Positions 14,645 through 14,710 of a stretch of DNA of 14,710 nt are shown here, in pieces (within the stretch, counting starts at the first letter, position 1; each line of letters begins with the position of its first letter). The notes below the pieces were generated by a model. The model saw only the letters and a program-made list of their open reading frames with translations. It did not search any database and had not been told where the DNA came from. The stretch comes from Myxococcota bacterium (GTDB lineage: Bacteria; Myxococcota_A; Polyangia; Polyangiales; Sandaracinaceae): positions 1 to 14,710 of the forward strand of contig JAYZQJ010000006.1 of assembly GCA_036149055.1 (NCBI GenBank), in the 5' to 3' direction. The translations under genes were made by a program, and so were the position numbers.

Positions 14645-14710
14645 GCTTCCGCGCGCGTCAGCGCGCGAGATGGGGTGGGAGCCCGAGCCGGCTTTGCCGG
14701 TCGGGCGGGA

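Noticed and set aside
14670..14710. Possible start of a plus-strand gene (ATG GGG TGG...)
   Set aside because: Only 13 codons are visible with no RBS, so it cannot be supported.

Overview
Very GC-rich bacterial DNA whose gene content points to Myxococcota, probably Polyangiales/Sandaracinaceae-like (inference from a Hanks-type kinase, a TPR/PEGA protein, a Myxococcus-type Cys-rich repeat and several lipoproteins). Ten credible CDSs, left to right: a minus-strand lipoprotein with two PPC-like domains; a translationally coupled plus-strand trio (exported TPR/PEGA-like protein, membrane Ser/Thr kinase with an acidic Glu-Ala spacer, Cys-rich/PPC lipoprotein); three minus-strand genes (PL1 pectate-lyase-like lipoprotein, YkgJ-like Cys-cluster protein, GspD-type secretin with no other gsp genes beside it); a divergent small lipoprotein; the fused isobutyryl-CoA mutase/GTPase icmF; and a convergent AraC-family regulator. 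No rRNA, tRNA, mobile element or CRISPR array is supported. Best leads: the TPR/PEGA-kinase-lipoprotein trio as a candidate trans-envelope signalling module; the orphan secretin with back-to-back sigma54-type promoters and phased candidate enhancer sites; a non-canonical NKFT G4 motif in IcmF; an altered vWiDH motif in the PL1 protein; and repeated leaderless-type gene starts. All domain calls were made by eye, with no database searches.
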